The translations under genes and the position numbers were made by a program. From Candidatus Ozemobacteraceae bacterium (GTDB taxonomy: Bacteria > Muiribacteriota > Ozemobacteria > Ozemobacterales > Ozemobacteraceae), in assembly GCA_965140445.1 (NCBI GenBank), contig OZ223236.1:3008001-3072000 (forward strand): a DNA stretch of 64,000 nucleotides, given 5' to 3'. Shown here in pieces: positions 19,995-28,936 of this stretch. Numbering within the stretch: the first letter of the stretch is position 1; each line of letters starts with the position of its first letter. Below the pieces are notes generated by a model that saw only the letters and a program-made list of their open reading frames with translations, was not told where the DNA came from and ran no database searches.

Positions 19995-22895
19995 TCAAGA
20001 AATGTCTTTAGGAATAATGGTTTTGCAGAAATTCTTTACGTCGGAATTGCCTATTGCAAATTCCATGGAAAAAACATCTTGCTTGTCAGCATCTTGAATG
20101 TTTATCTCCAGTTTATCGCCTGATTTTACTGCAGCTTTTTCGAGAGATGAATCACCTTTACTACCATTTGAGCCATTTAGAACAAAATTGATCTGCTCGT
20201 CATTTTCTGGATTTAAATATCCTTGAGCTTCAAGTCCATTTGAAAGATTCTTAAGAAAAGCTTTATACATGGAATTTTCTGTAGAAATGATTTCTGCAAA
20301 CTGTTTTGAAGTAAGGTGAATTAAAAAATATTTTGAAAATACTACATCTTCAGTTGCTTGAGCTGCGTTGGGATCAATTTCAAGATTAATCTCAAATTTT
20401 CCGGCTTTTATTTCATCGAGCTCCATGTAGTGGGGCGAGAAACGAAGTGCTTTTTTAGTTTTTCCATTAATGATCTGAATCAGAATTATATCCTGACATG
20501 CAATTAGTCCTAAAGGTGAACAGTCTACTGTCATTGTTCCTGTTTCAATGTCTTTATTAGTCATGACCTTTTGCATAGATTTTGAAGTTCTAACGTTTTT
20601 GACCTGCAGAATTGTTTCTTCAGGTAACTTTTTGTTTTTTGTGTTTATCATGGAAAAGCTTAAATCAACTTGCAGGTCTTTGGTTACAGCATTGTGAGTT
20701 TCAACGGCTTCTACCAGATGAGTTTTAGCCAGTCGCCAGATCATATCTTTTTGTATCATTTCCAGCTTACTGGTGGCATCTCTGTATCCTTGATTCAATG
20801 CTATCGCTTTTTTATATTCTTCAATTGCTATCTCAGATTTTCCTGCCTGATGATAAAAGCTGGCCAATTTGGCATGCAGATCTGGAAAATTCGGATTGGT
20901 GTTGACGAATTTCTCATGAATATCTATTACCGAATCAAGCTTTCTCAGGTAATTGGTTAATTCAAGCAGTCTTGTTCTGGTAATTTTACAACCGCCATAG
21001 ATTTCCATAGATTTTGAATAGGCTTTATGAGCAAGGTAAAATCTATTGGTATCGTAAAAAATATTACCTAAGGTGCAATAAATTCTTGGATTTTTATTGG
21101 AAATACTTAATAAGAGCTCTATTGCTTCATCGCTTTTATTAAGACTGGACAGACAAACAGCAAGATTCATTTTTGCTTCAAGATAATTTGGGTTCGACTT
21201 TAAGGCTCTCTGAAAATGATTTAGGGCTTCTTCATAATTTTCATTTTTCATGAGAATTTTACCTAAATCATTAATCAAATCCAGATGCGATGGATTGGCA
21301 GCAATTTTGTTATTGGCAATTTCAATGGCTTTAAGATATTGATCATTTTTATTAGTTAGGATACCAAGGTAACCTAAAGCTAAATGTTGAGTAGGATCAA
21401 GGCTTACGGCTTTAGAAAACGCCTCAAGTGCTTCGGCTGGATTATCTTCTCTTAGGTATATTTCCCCAAGCAACTCAAACAGAGGGGCAGCAGCCTGCGA
21501 ATACTCAAGAAAAGTCATTAAGTTTTCTTTTGCTTCTTTAATATACCCAAAGATCATGTTGTATCTTACATATTTTACCTGAGAGCGAACATCATTTGGG
21601 TTTATTATTGGGGCAAACTTAATACCGTTTGCTCCATCAAATTGTGAAAGTTTGAAATCAGCGTCAGGACCACTTTCTTTGCCCCCGAAAAAGGTAGAAA
21701 AAATAGTGGACTTAGCTGTTGGTCGTTTTAAAGTTTTTTCTTCAAGGATATTTCTAACCAACAATCTCAAAACTTCACAATAAGGGCTGGAATTATTTAA
21801 ATCATATGGAGGTTTTCCGAACTGAGGCTGATAATCACCAAGCCTTGGTAAGCCTCCAATAACTGGGTAAGGGAAAATTTTGCTGGTTTTTGAAGAAGAA
21901 AAATCTGGTCCAATATTGCTTCCGAGTAGAATTAACCTTTCTTTTGGGTAGCTTAATTTTGAAACTCCATGAAAGAAGCGTACATTATCCGTTATTGTTG
22001 AAAGGTTGGCAAAATTTATCAGAAAGAAGATAAAATCCGCTGTATCTAATACGGTAAAAAGGTTCTCATCAAAAATTGAGCCTGTATCAATTACAATATA
22101 GTCGAAATGTTTTCTTGCAATTTTTAAGATGGCAAGAATATCTGAACTATGAATTTGTTCTGCTTCAAGAAAGCTTCTTGGGGCAGGAATCCCCCAGAGA
22201 TTATCGCCCATTCTTATTGTTTCATTCATTATCTCAAATGAACTTTCACTGGCTCGGATTTTACTTGCGATATCAATAATAGATCTTGGTGAATGAATTC
22301 CCATTAAATGGGTTCCACTTCCAAAATATAAATCAAGGTCAAAAAATAGAACTTTATGAGGCAATTCTGAAGATAGCAACTTGGCTAAGGAGACTGAAAA
22401 AGTTGTTTTCCCGTAGCCGTCTTTTGCTGAAGCAACTGTTAATACTTTGCATTCTTTTTTTAATATAGCTTGTTTGCTTTCTGAAACAAGTTTATTGGTA
22501 TCTCTTAATCTTTGAGATAGGGTGGCAAGGAGCTTAAGGCTTATTGAAGGGTGATTATGTAATAATTTTTCAAAATCTGAACCCTTAATCACGATTAAAA
22601 CGGTTGATTGAAGAGTCCTGGATGAAGCTGATCTACTGGCATTTTTTTCAAAAAAAGCCATTTCTCCAAAATAGTCACCATTTTTTAAAACAGAAATGGA
22701 CTGTTCACCGTGAATTGGATGTTTTTTGAAGATTTCTACCTGGCCTGACTCGATTATGTAAATGTTTTTCTCATAATCTCCTTCATTAAATACGATTTCA
22801 CCACGACTCATGTGTTGGCGGCTTGCAATTTTTTGAACTTCAACCAATTCAGCATTGCTTAAGGTGGAAAAAAGCCCCGTTGTAGAAAAATCCAT
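19995..22895 (-). CDS. Multidomain protein: cNMP-binding domain + CpaE/MinD-like ATPase + TPR repeats + unknown C-terminal domain
   Basis: IFNEGD..YIIESG.V, GDYFGEMAFF..RSAS phosphate-binding cassette; SAKDGYGKTT P-loop, FFDLDLYFG, FDYIVIDTG; several TPR units (ALEAFSKAVSLDP, ALNHFQRALKSNPNY, AIEEYKKAIALN). Confidence 0.85.
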   Translation of the reverse strand: MDFSTTGLFSTLSNAELVEVQKIASRQHMSRGEIVFNEGDYEKNIYIIESGQVEIFKKHPIHGEQSISVLKNGDYFGEMAFFEKNASRSASSRTLQSTVLIVIKGSDFEKLLHNHPSISLKLLATLSQRLRDTNKLVSESKQAILKKECKVLTVASAKDGYGKTTFSVSLAKLLSSELPHKVLFFDLDLYFGSGTHLMGIHSPRSIIDIASKIRASESSFEIMNETIRMGDNLWGIPAPRSFLEAEQIHSSDILAILKIARKHFDYIVIDTGSIFDENLFTVLDTADFIFFLINFANLSTITDNVRFFHGVSKLSYPKERLILLGSNIGPDFSSSKTSKIFPYPVIGGLPRLGDYQPQFGKPPYDLNNSSPYCEVLRLLVRNILEEKTLKRPTAKSTIFSTFFGGKESGPDADFKLSQFDGANGIKFAPIINPNDVRSQVKYVRYNMIFGYIKEAKENLMTFLEYSQAAAPLFELLGEIYLREDNPAEALEAFSKAVSLDPTQHLALGYLGILTNKNDQYLKAIEIANNKIAANPSHLDLINDLGKILMKNENYEEALNHFQRALKSNPNYLEAKMNLAVCLSSLNKSDEAIELLLSISNKNPRIYCTLGNIFYDTNRFYLAHKAYSKSMEIYGGCKITRTRLLELTNYLRKLDSVIDIHEKFVNTNPNFPDLHAKLASFYHQAGKSEIAIEEYKKAIALNQGYRDATSKLEMIQKDMIWRLAKTHLVEAVETHNAVTKDLQVDLSFSMINTKNKKLPEETILQVKNVRTSKSMQKVMTNKDIETGTMTVDCSPLGLIACQDIILIQIINGKTKKALRFSPHYMELDEIKAGKFEINLEIDPNAAQATEDVVFSKYFLIHLTSKQFAEIISTENSMYKAFLKNLSNGLEAQGYLNPENDEQINFVLNGSNGSKGDSSLEKAAVKSGDKLEINIQDADKQDVFSMEFAIGNSDVKNFCKTIIPKDIS

Positions 22896-23005
22896 TTTTT
22901 TTCTCTCTTTATTTAATTTATACAACCCAAATAATTATCTACTTTGAATATATCATAAAATGGAAAAATTGTGGATTTTATGGTATTAATTTGTGGGGGT
23001 TAAAA

Positions 23006-23788
23006 ATGTCTCAAATTGTAGTTGATTCACTGAAACAGAAGTTTGAATTAAGAACCTTTAAGGTTTTGTTTGATATTAATGATAGTTTAATTGCTGAAGA
23101 AATGCTTGATAGTCTTGATCGCGGCAGTTCCGTATTTCGCATGGTGTTTAACCTTCAAGAGGAGCCTCAGGCAGAGATTTTTCTGCTCAGGTCAGAAGCA
23201 GATCTTGAAAAAATTGGCGGTGCTCAGCCACGTGTGGGTGAAATCATTCGAATTCTTTATGATCAGGGTGTTATAGGTGCTGTTGCTCCAAAATTAACCG
23301 ATAACTATGGAGAAGTGGCCTTAAGAGAGCTTGGCCATCTGGTTTTTAATCGACAAGTTGGTGAAAGAGAAGTTCGAATTAGACAGTGGAGAACCCCGTC
23401 CTGGCTAAGAGAGGGATTTGCTCTTCAGGCGGCCTGGAAAATTCGGAAAGATAGTAAGGATTTTCTACAAAAGGGTTGGGCAATTTTACAAAAAGCACAA
23501 TCTGCAAATCAACTTATCCAACCAGATGTAATGAGAAAGGATATCAATCTTATTCCTGATCCTGCTAGACGTGAGCTTGCGTTATACCAATCATTTTATA
23601 TGGTGAGATTATTACTGACTATTTATTGTGATAGTTTCTTCACCAAATACTCTACCCTAATGGGAGCACTTGAAGACATGGAGTCCGAAACTTGTTTCCG
23701 ACAGATTACGAGTTTTGATTTTGATAAGTTTTTCAGTCTCTTTGAAAATTGGGTTCAAAAGACTAACGCCTGGACGGCCATGGAATAG
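23006..23788 (+). CDS. Peptidase MA-like (gluzincin-fold) protein with degenerate zinc motif
   Basis: LRELGHLV followed by PSWLREGFA and a later YQSFYMV helix; HEXXH is replaced by REXXH. Confidence 0.6.
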   Translation: MSQIVVDSLKQKFELRTFKVLFDINDSLIAEEMLDSLDRGSSVFRMVFNLQEEPQAEIFLLRSEADLEKIGGAQPRVGEIIRILYDQGVIGAVAPKLTDNYGEVALRELGHLVFNRQVGEREVRIRQWRTPSWLREGFALQAAWKIRKDSKDFLQKGWAILQKAQSANQLIQPDVMRKDINLIPDPARRELALYQSFYMVRLLLTIYCDSFFTKYSTLMGALEDMESETCFRQITSFDFDKFFSLFENWVQKTNAWTAME

Positions 23789-23874
23789 TCTGAATCATCT
23801 TTTAACACGTTTTATGGCCTTATAAAGGTTGGGCTATGATTTTTTATGTGTTGAAGTAATTCTTAGGGATAGTA

Positions 23875-24498
23875 TTGGTGAAATTTAATAAATTTGAAAA
23901 ATCCATAATCGTATCACTAATTGCATTAATTGCAATTGCAGGCTTGTTAATCCTTGGTAAAATTGGAGTTTCAAAACAAAGAAACTCTAGAATGTTGAAA
24001 CAGATCGCTGAAATCTCCGCCCTTACAGATCGAAATGTTCTTGTTAAGGGCGATTCTTATTTTGATGAGAAGGAAAATGCTAGAAAACTGAACTTGAATA
24101 AAACGGATCTGAAAAGTCTCATGGAAGTCCCGAAAATTTCTAAATCAGATGCAAAGAAAATTTTTGCTTTTATTGAAAAAAAAGGGAATATTTCGGATCT
24201 TCGAGAACTTTTACAAATTAAAGGCTTTACCCGGAAAAAAGTTTATAGGCTTGAAAGATATGTTACCGCAAAAGGCGGTCATGGTGGCAGAAACGCATGG
24301 GGCAACAAACTAAATCTAAATTTTGCTACGTTTAAAGAAGTTTCTGAACTCCCAGGAATTGGAAAAGCAATGGCCAAAAAAATCATCAATTTTAGAAATA
24401 AAAATGGAGCTTTTTATTCTTTAGATGATTTACGAGAAATACCTGGGTTGTCTGATTCAACTGTAAAAAAATTTATTGATTTGGTTGAGGTCAGATAA
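23875..24498 (+). CDS. comEA: ComEA-like membrane-anchored DNA-binding protein with two HhH modules
   Basis: N-terminal TM; KLNLNKTD..VPKIS and KLNLNFATFKEVSELPGIGKAMAKKIINFR..GAF.SLDDLREIPG. Confidence 0.85.
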   Translation: MVKFNKFEKSIIVSLIALIAIAGLLILGKIGVSKQRNSRMLKQIAEISALTDRNVLVKGDSYFDEKENARKLNLNKTDLKSLMEVPKISKSDAKKIFAFIEKKGNISDLRELLQIKGFTRKKVYRLERYVTAKGGHGGRNAWGNKLNLNFATFKEVSELPGIGKAMAKKIINFRNKNGAFYSLDDLREIPGLSDSTVKKFIDLVEVR

Positions 24499-24504
24499 AA
24501 CGCT

Positions 24505-25461
24505 ATGAATTATTATGGTTTTAAAAATAAGGCATTTCAAAGCCGTGGAAAAAAAACTCTTATTTCAATTTTATTGTTATTAACTGTTTTCGCATGGGTT
24601 TTACTATTCCTACCAGCAAGCGGAGGGCTTATAGATACCTCCATCAATGAATCATTGAGAATTGATTTTATCAATGTTGGGCAAGGTGATTCAATCTTAG
24701 TAAGAACACCAGAAGGAAGAAACTATTTAATTGATGGCGGAATGGAGGCAACCATTCTAGATGCCAATAAAACAGGTAGGGAGCTTGTTCAGAATTACTT
24801 AAACACCATGGGCGTTAAGAGTCTTGATGGTGTAATTATTTCACATTGGCATAATGACCATTTTGGTGGGCTTTTACCTGTGATAAAAACCTTTCCGGTA
24901 AAGCAAACATGGGAGTGTGGAACAAACTCTGAAGTCGCTAATTACAAAAAATACGAAGAACTATGTAAATTAAAAAGAATTAAAAGAGTCACAGCAAAAT
25001 CAGGTGACGTGCTTGAATGGGGAAATGAAATTTTTGTGCAGGTAATAAATCCGGAATTGTATTCAAAAACTTCCAATTATAGCAGTTTGCACAATTCATC
25101 AATTGTATTGTTAATTCGTTACGGGAAAGTCCAAGTCCTTCTGGCAGGAGATATAGAGGAAGATTCTGAAAGAGAACTCATGAAGTATGGAGAGGGATTG
25201 AGATCTCAGATTTTGAAGATTCCTAATCATGGATCAGATGCAAGTATTTACGAACCATTTTTAAAGCTTGTCAGGCCAAAAGTTGGGATAATTTGTGTTG
25301 GCAAGGATAATCCTTTCAGACACCCTGCAAAAGATGCATTAAAAGCTTACAAAAGGCTTAAAACAAAGATTTATAGGACAGATGAAAGCGGCAGTATTTC
25401 TTTGGTTATAGGTGGGAAAAGTAATAATGATTTCAAAGTTGTGCTAGAAAGAAATCCTTAA
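24505..25461 (+). CDS. ComEC/Rec2-type metallo-beta-lactamase-fold hydrolase, stand-alone (no Competence channel domain)
   Basis: FINVGQGDSILV, LIDGG, SHWHNDHFGG, NSSIVL, LLAGD, KIPNHGS, NPFRHP, YRTDESG. Confidence 0.88.
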   Translation: MNYYGFKNKAFQSRGKKTLISILLLLTVFAWVLLFLPASGGLIDTSINESLRIDFINVGQGDSILVRTPEGRNYLIDGGMEATILDANKTGRELVQNYLNTMGVKSLDGVIISHWHNDHFGGLLPVIKTFPVKQTWECGTNSEVANYKKYEELCKLKRIKRVTAKSGDVLEWGNEIFVQVINPELYSKTSNYSSLHNSSIVLLIRYGKVQVLLAGDIEEDSERELMKYGEGLRSQILKIPNHGSDASIYEPFLKLVRPKVGIICVGKDNPFRHPAKDALKAYKRLKTKIYRTDESGSISLVIGGKSNNDFKVVLERNP

Positions 25462-25778
25462 ATCTTAATTTTATCTCCGAAAAATCGGAGCGATCGGAAA
25501 AAACGAGAGTGTACACAATATTGCTTAAAATAAGATAAAACACGTGTTAAAGGCTTTTTTAACAGTTCAAAATTAGCTACAACCTTTGTTAGAGATAGTT
25601 TTAGGTTATGTTTGAAAAAAACACCAGATGCTCAAAAAATGAACATGCCTGTATCTAACTTTTGGTGCATATTTGGTTAAATAATGTATAAAAGATCTCC
25701 CTGTTTATCCCTCCTAAGCTGGCTTAAAATCCTGTTATGCGCATTGGTAGTGAGCTGAAAATTTTTCTAAAAAAGTCT

Positions 25779-25807
25779 TTGACTTCATGGGTTTAAAATG
25801 GTGTAAT
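25779..25807 (+). promoter_or_regulatory. Sigma-70 promoter of nrdDG
   Basis: TTGACT-17 nt-TGTAAT with extended TGn element; implies a 5' leader of about 160 nt. Confidence 0.55.
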
Positions 25808-25976
25808 TTTACCCGGCAAGAATGAAAAAACACAGGCACGTCTTCAAAAAATATACGACACCTATTTTTCATTTAATCCCCTGAAAACGCAGCATTTATA
25901 GCTGGTGGTTGGGTAATTCCAACCATCTTTGTACACCTTTTTAACGATCGGGGACAAAAACATATAGGGAGCAAAC

Positions 25977-28169
25977 ATGAAACAAGGTCGCGAATTGCAG
26001 TTAATAGAAAATCGCCAGGGAAATATAGTTCCATTTAACCCGGAAAAAATTAGAGCAGCTATGGAAAAAGCTGGAAAAGCTACCGGGGAATTTGGAATGG
26101 TTGAATCAGTTAGAATGGCAAGTCAGGTAATAAACATACTTGCACATCGGCATCAATCAGGCACTCCATCAGTGGAAGAAGTCCAGGATGCAGTAGAACA
26201 CATTCTCATCGCTAACAATTATTTTATAACCAACCGTTCATACATTGTGTATCGCGAACAGCACAAACAAATGCGCGAAGGTAGAAAATCAATTGTGGAT
26301 AGCATTAGTTCGATTAATGAATATCTAGGCCATCTTGATTGGCGAGTAAATGCTAATGCTAATCAGGGATATTCTCTTGGTGGCTTAATCTTAAACGTTG
26401 CTGGTAAAGTTACTGCAAATTATTGGCTCTCTCATGTCTACACCCCGGAAATTGGCGAAGCTCATCGTGACGGCTTCATGCACATTCATGATTTAGATAT
26501 GCTATCAGGATATTGTGCTGGATGGTCCCTAAAAACACTTTTACAAGAAGGCTTTAACGGTGTTCCCGGTAAGGTTGAAGCTGCAGCTCCAAAGCATTTT
26601 TCAAGTGCATTAGGTCAGATGGTGAACTTCCTTGGTACTTTACAGAATGAATGGGCAGGTGCACAGGCTTTCTCTTCTTTCGATACTTATTTAGCGCCTT
26701 TCATCAGATTAGACAATCTTGATTACGACGAAGTTGTTCAGGGAATTCAGGAATTTGTTTACAATCTTAACGTGCCTTCAAGATGGGGAACCCAAACTCC
26801 ATTTACAAATTTAACCTTAGATTGGAACTGTCCAGAAGATCTTAGAGATCAAAGACCTTTAATCGGTGGGAAAAATGTTGATTTTACATATGGTGAACTT
26901 CAACCAGAAATGGATTTGATCAATAAGGCTTTTATTGAAGTAATGTGTCATGGCGATTGCAAGGGTAGGGCTTTTACTTTCCCGATCCCAACTTATAACA
27001 TTACCAAAGACTTTGACTGGGAACATCCAAATTGTAATGCCTTGTTTGAAATGACTGCTAAATACGGTCTTCCATATTTCCAGAATTTCATTAATTCTGA
27101 CCTTGAGCCAAAAATGGTTCGATCAATGTGCTGCAGACTTCAGCTTGATTTGCGTGAACTACTTAAAAGAGGGAACGGCTTATTTGGCTCAGCAGAGCAG
27201 ACTGGTTCAATCGGTGTTGTTACCGTAAACCTGGCGAGACTCGGATATGTATACAAAGGAAATTATGAAGGCTTAACAATCAAACTTGATGAACTCCTCG
27301 GACTTGCCAAGAAGAGTCTTGAAATCAAAAGAAAAGTTATTGAAGCCAGAATTGATAGCGGTCTATTTCCTTATACCAAGAGATATCTCGGAACTCTTAG
27401 AAATCATTTCTCCACTATTGGTGTGAATGGAATGAATGAGTTAATCAGAAACTATTCTGATGGCGAATATGATATTACCTCCAAAGAAGGCCTTGAACTT
27501 GCAGAAAAAATAATGGACTTCATTAGAGAGAAGATAGTTGCTTATCAGGTAGAAACTGGCCATCTTTACAATCTTGAAGCTACTCCAGCTGAAGGCGCAA
27601 CTCATAGATTTGCAAGAGAAGATAGAAAACGATTCCCTGAAATCCTTCAGGCCGGACCTATTAACGCTGCATATTATACAAATTCAACCCAACTTCCAGT
27701 TGATTATGATGGGGATTTATTTGATATAATGCGCCATCAGGAAAAATTGCAAAATAAATACACTGGTGGAACTGTTTTGCACCTTTATCTCGGTGAAAGA
27801 ATCCCAGATGCAGAGTCATGTAAAAGATTGGTTCAGAAGTCTCTAACTCAATTCAGACTTCCTTATATTACAGTTACACCTACATTTAGCGTTTGTCCAA
27901 ATCACGGATATGTTTCTGGAGAACATAATTTCTGCCCGTCATGTGATGATATAGAAGCAAGAAAGATTCTTGCGGTTGCAAGTGAAAACGGTGAAAAACT
28001 GGCTTTGGAAAATGTTGAAATTCCAGAAGATAGAAGAACAAATTGCGAAGTATGGACAAGGGTAATGGGTTATTTCAGACCTGTATCACAGTTTAATGCT
28101 GGCAAGAAGAGTGAATACGCTGACAGAACGCTTTTGAAGTCTCAGGAAGTAGTTAGAGAAGTAATCTAA
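25977..28169 (+). CDS. nrdD: Anaerobic (class III) ribonucleoside-triphosphate reductase with N-terminal ATP cone
   Basis: ATP cone (NRQG..VPFNPEKI), HIHDL..YCAGW, FTFPIPT, SMCCRL, EATPAEG, YYTNST, CPNHG..CPSC, RVMGYFRP glycyl radical loop. Confidence 0.96.
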   Translation: MKQGRELQLIENRQGNIVPFNPEKIRAAMEKAGKATGEFGMVESVRMASQVINILAHRHQSGTPSVEEVQDAVEHILIANNYFITNRSYIVYREQHKQMREGRKSIVDSISSINEYLGHLDWRVNANANQGYSLGGLILNVAGKVTANYWLSHVYTPEIGEAHRDGFMHIHDLDMLSGYCAGWSLKTLLQEGFNGVPGKVEAAAPKHFSSALGQMVNFLGTLQNEWAGAQAFSSFDTYLAPFIRLDNLDYDEVVQGIQEFVYNLNVPSRWGTQTPFTNLTLDWNCPEDLRDQRPLIGGKNVDFTYGELQPEMDLINKAFIEVMCHGDCKGRAFTFPIPTYNITKDFDWEHPNCNALFEMTAKYGLPYFQNFINSDLEPKMVRSMCCRLQLDLRELLKRGNGLFGSAEQTGSIGVVTVNLARLGYVYKGNYEGLTIKLDELLGLAKKSLEIKRKVIEARIDSGLFPYTKRYLGTLRNHFSTIGVNGMNELIRNYSDGEYDITSKEGLELAEKIMDFIREKIVAYQVETGHLYNLEATPAEGATHRFAREDRKRFPEILQAGPINAAYYTNSTQLPVDYDGDLFDIMRHQEKLQNKYTGGTVLHLYLGERIPDAESCKRLVQKSLTQFRLPYITVTPTFSVCPNHGYVSGEHNFCPSCDDIEARKILAVASENGEKLALENVEIPEDRRTNCEVWTRVMGYFRPVSQFNAGKKSEYADRTLLKSQEVVREVI

Positions 28170-28174
28170 TTAAT

Positions 28175-28933
28175 ATGTTGAAAATAAACCATAAAGTTAT
28201 GGTTGGGGGCTTAGAGCCCCTAACCTTGATTGATTATCCAGGAAAAATTGCTTCCGTTTTATTTCTTCAAGGCTGTAATCTGCGTTGTAGATTTTGTTAT
28301 AATCGATCTCTTCTTGATTTTTCCAATGAAAGTTCGAGAATGGGATGGGAATCAGTTATTAATTTCCTTAAGGACAGGCAAGGATTTATTGAAGGAGTTG
28401 TTTTTAGCGGAGGTGAGCCTTGTTTACAAAATTCTCTTCCAGAATCTATACAGGAAGTTAAAGAATTAGGATTTTCCATCGCTTTGCACACCAATGGGTT
28501 CTATCCTGAAATGGTAAAATGCCTTATTGAAGATCAGCTGATTGATTTTGTAGCTATTGATTACAAAGCAAACCCAAAAAGATTTGAAGAAGTTGCAGGA
28601 ATAAATGCAGAATGGGAAAAATTTCTGGAAACTGCTAAACTTGTTATTGAATCAGGAATAGACTACGAATTCAGAACTACTGTTCATCCAGATTTACTTT
28701 CTGATAGCGATATTTCTGAAATTGCTGACTCACTTCATAGCTTAAATGCAAAACGATTTGTACTTCAAAAATATAAGCATGGAAATGCTTTTGATGAAAC
28801 TTTACGTGATTTTACAGGTCCATGGATTAAAGACTCCACGCTTTTACGTCTCAGAGAAAAATTTGAAGAATTCTCGGTAAGAGGGGATCAATCAAAAGAA
28901 AAGTCTTATGGGGAAAAAGTAAAAACGGCTTAA
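28175..28933 (+). CDS. nrdG: Anaerobic ribonucleotide reductase activating enzyme (radical SAM)
   Basis: DYPGKIA, GCNLRCRFCYN, SGGEP, HTNG, YEFRTT; directly after nrdD. Confidence 0.93.
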   Translation: MLKINHKVMVGGLEPLTLIDYPGKIASVLFLQGCNLRCRFCYNRSLLDFSNESSRMGWESVINFLKDRQGFIEGVVFSGGEPCLQNSLPESIQEVKELGFSIALHTNGFYPEMVKCLIEDQLIDFVAIDYKANPKRFEEVAGINAEWEKFLETAKLVIESGIDYEFRTTVHPDLLSDSDISEIADSLHSLNAKRFVLQKYKHGNAFDETLRDFTGPWIKDSTLLRLREKFEEFSVRGDQSKEKSYGEKVKTA

Positions 28934-28936
28934 GAT

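Noticed and set aside
25505..25530. NrdR-box-like ACACAATATTG upstream of nrdD
   Set aside because: Only a half match, not tandem, and far from the predicted promoter
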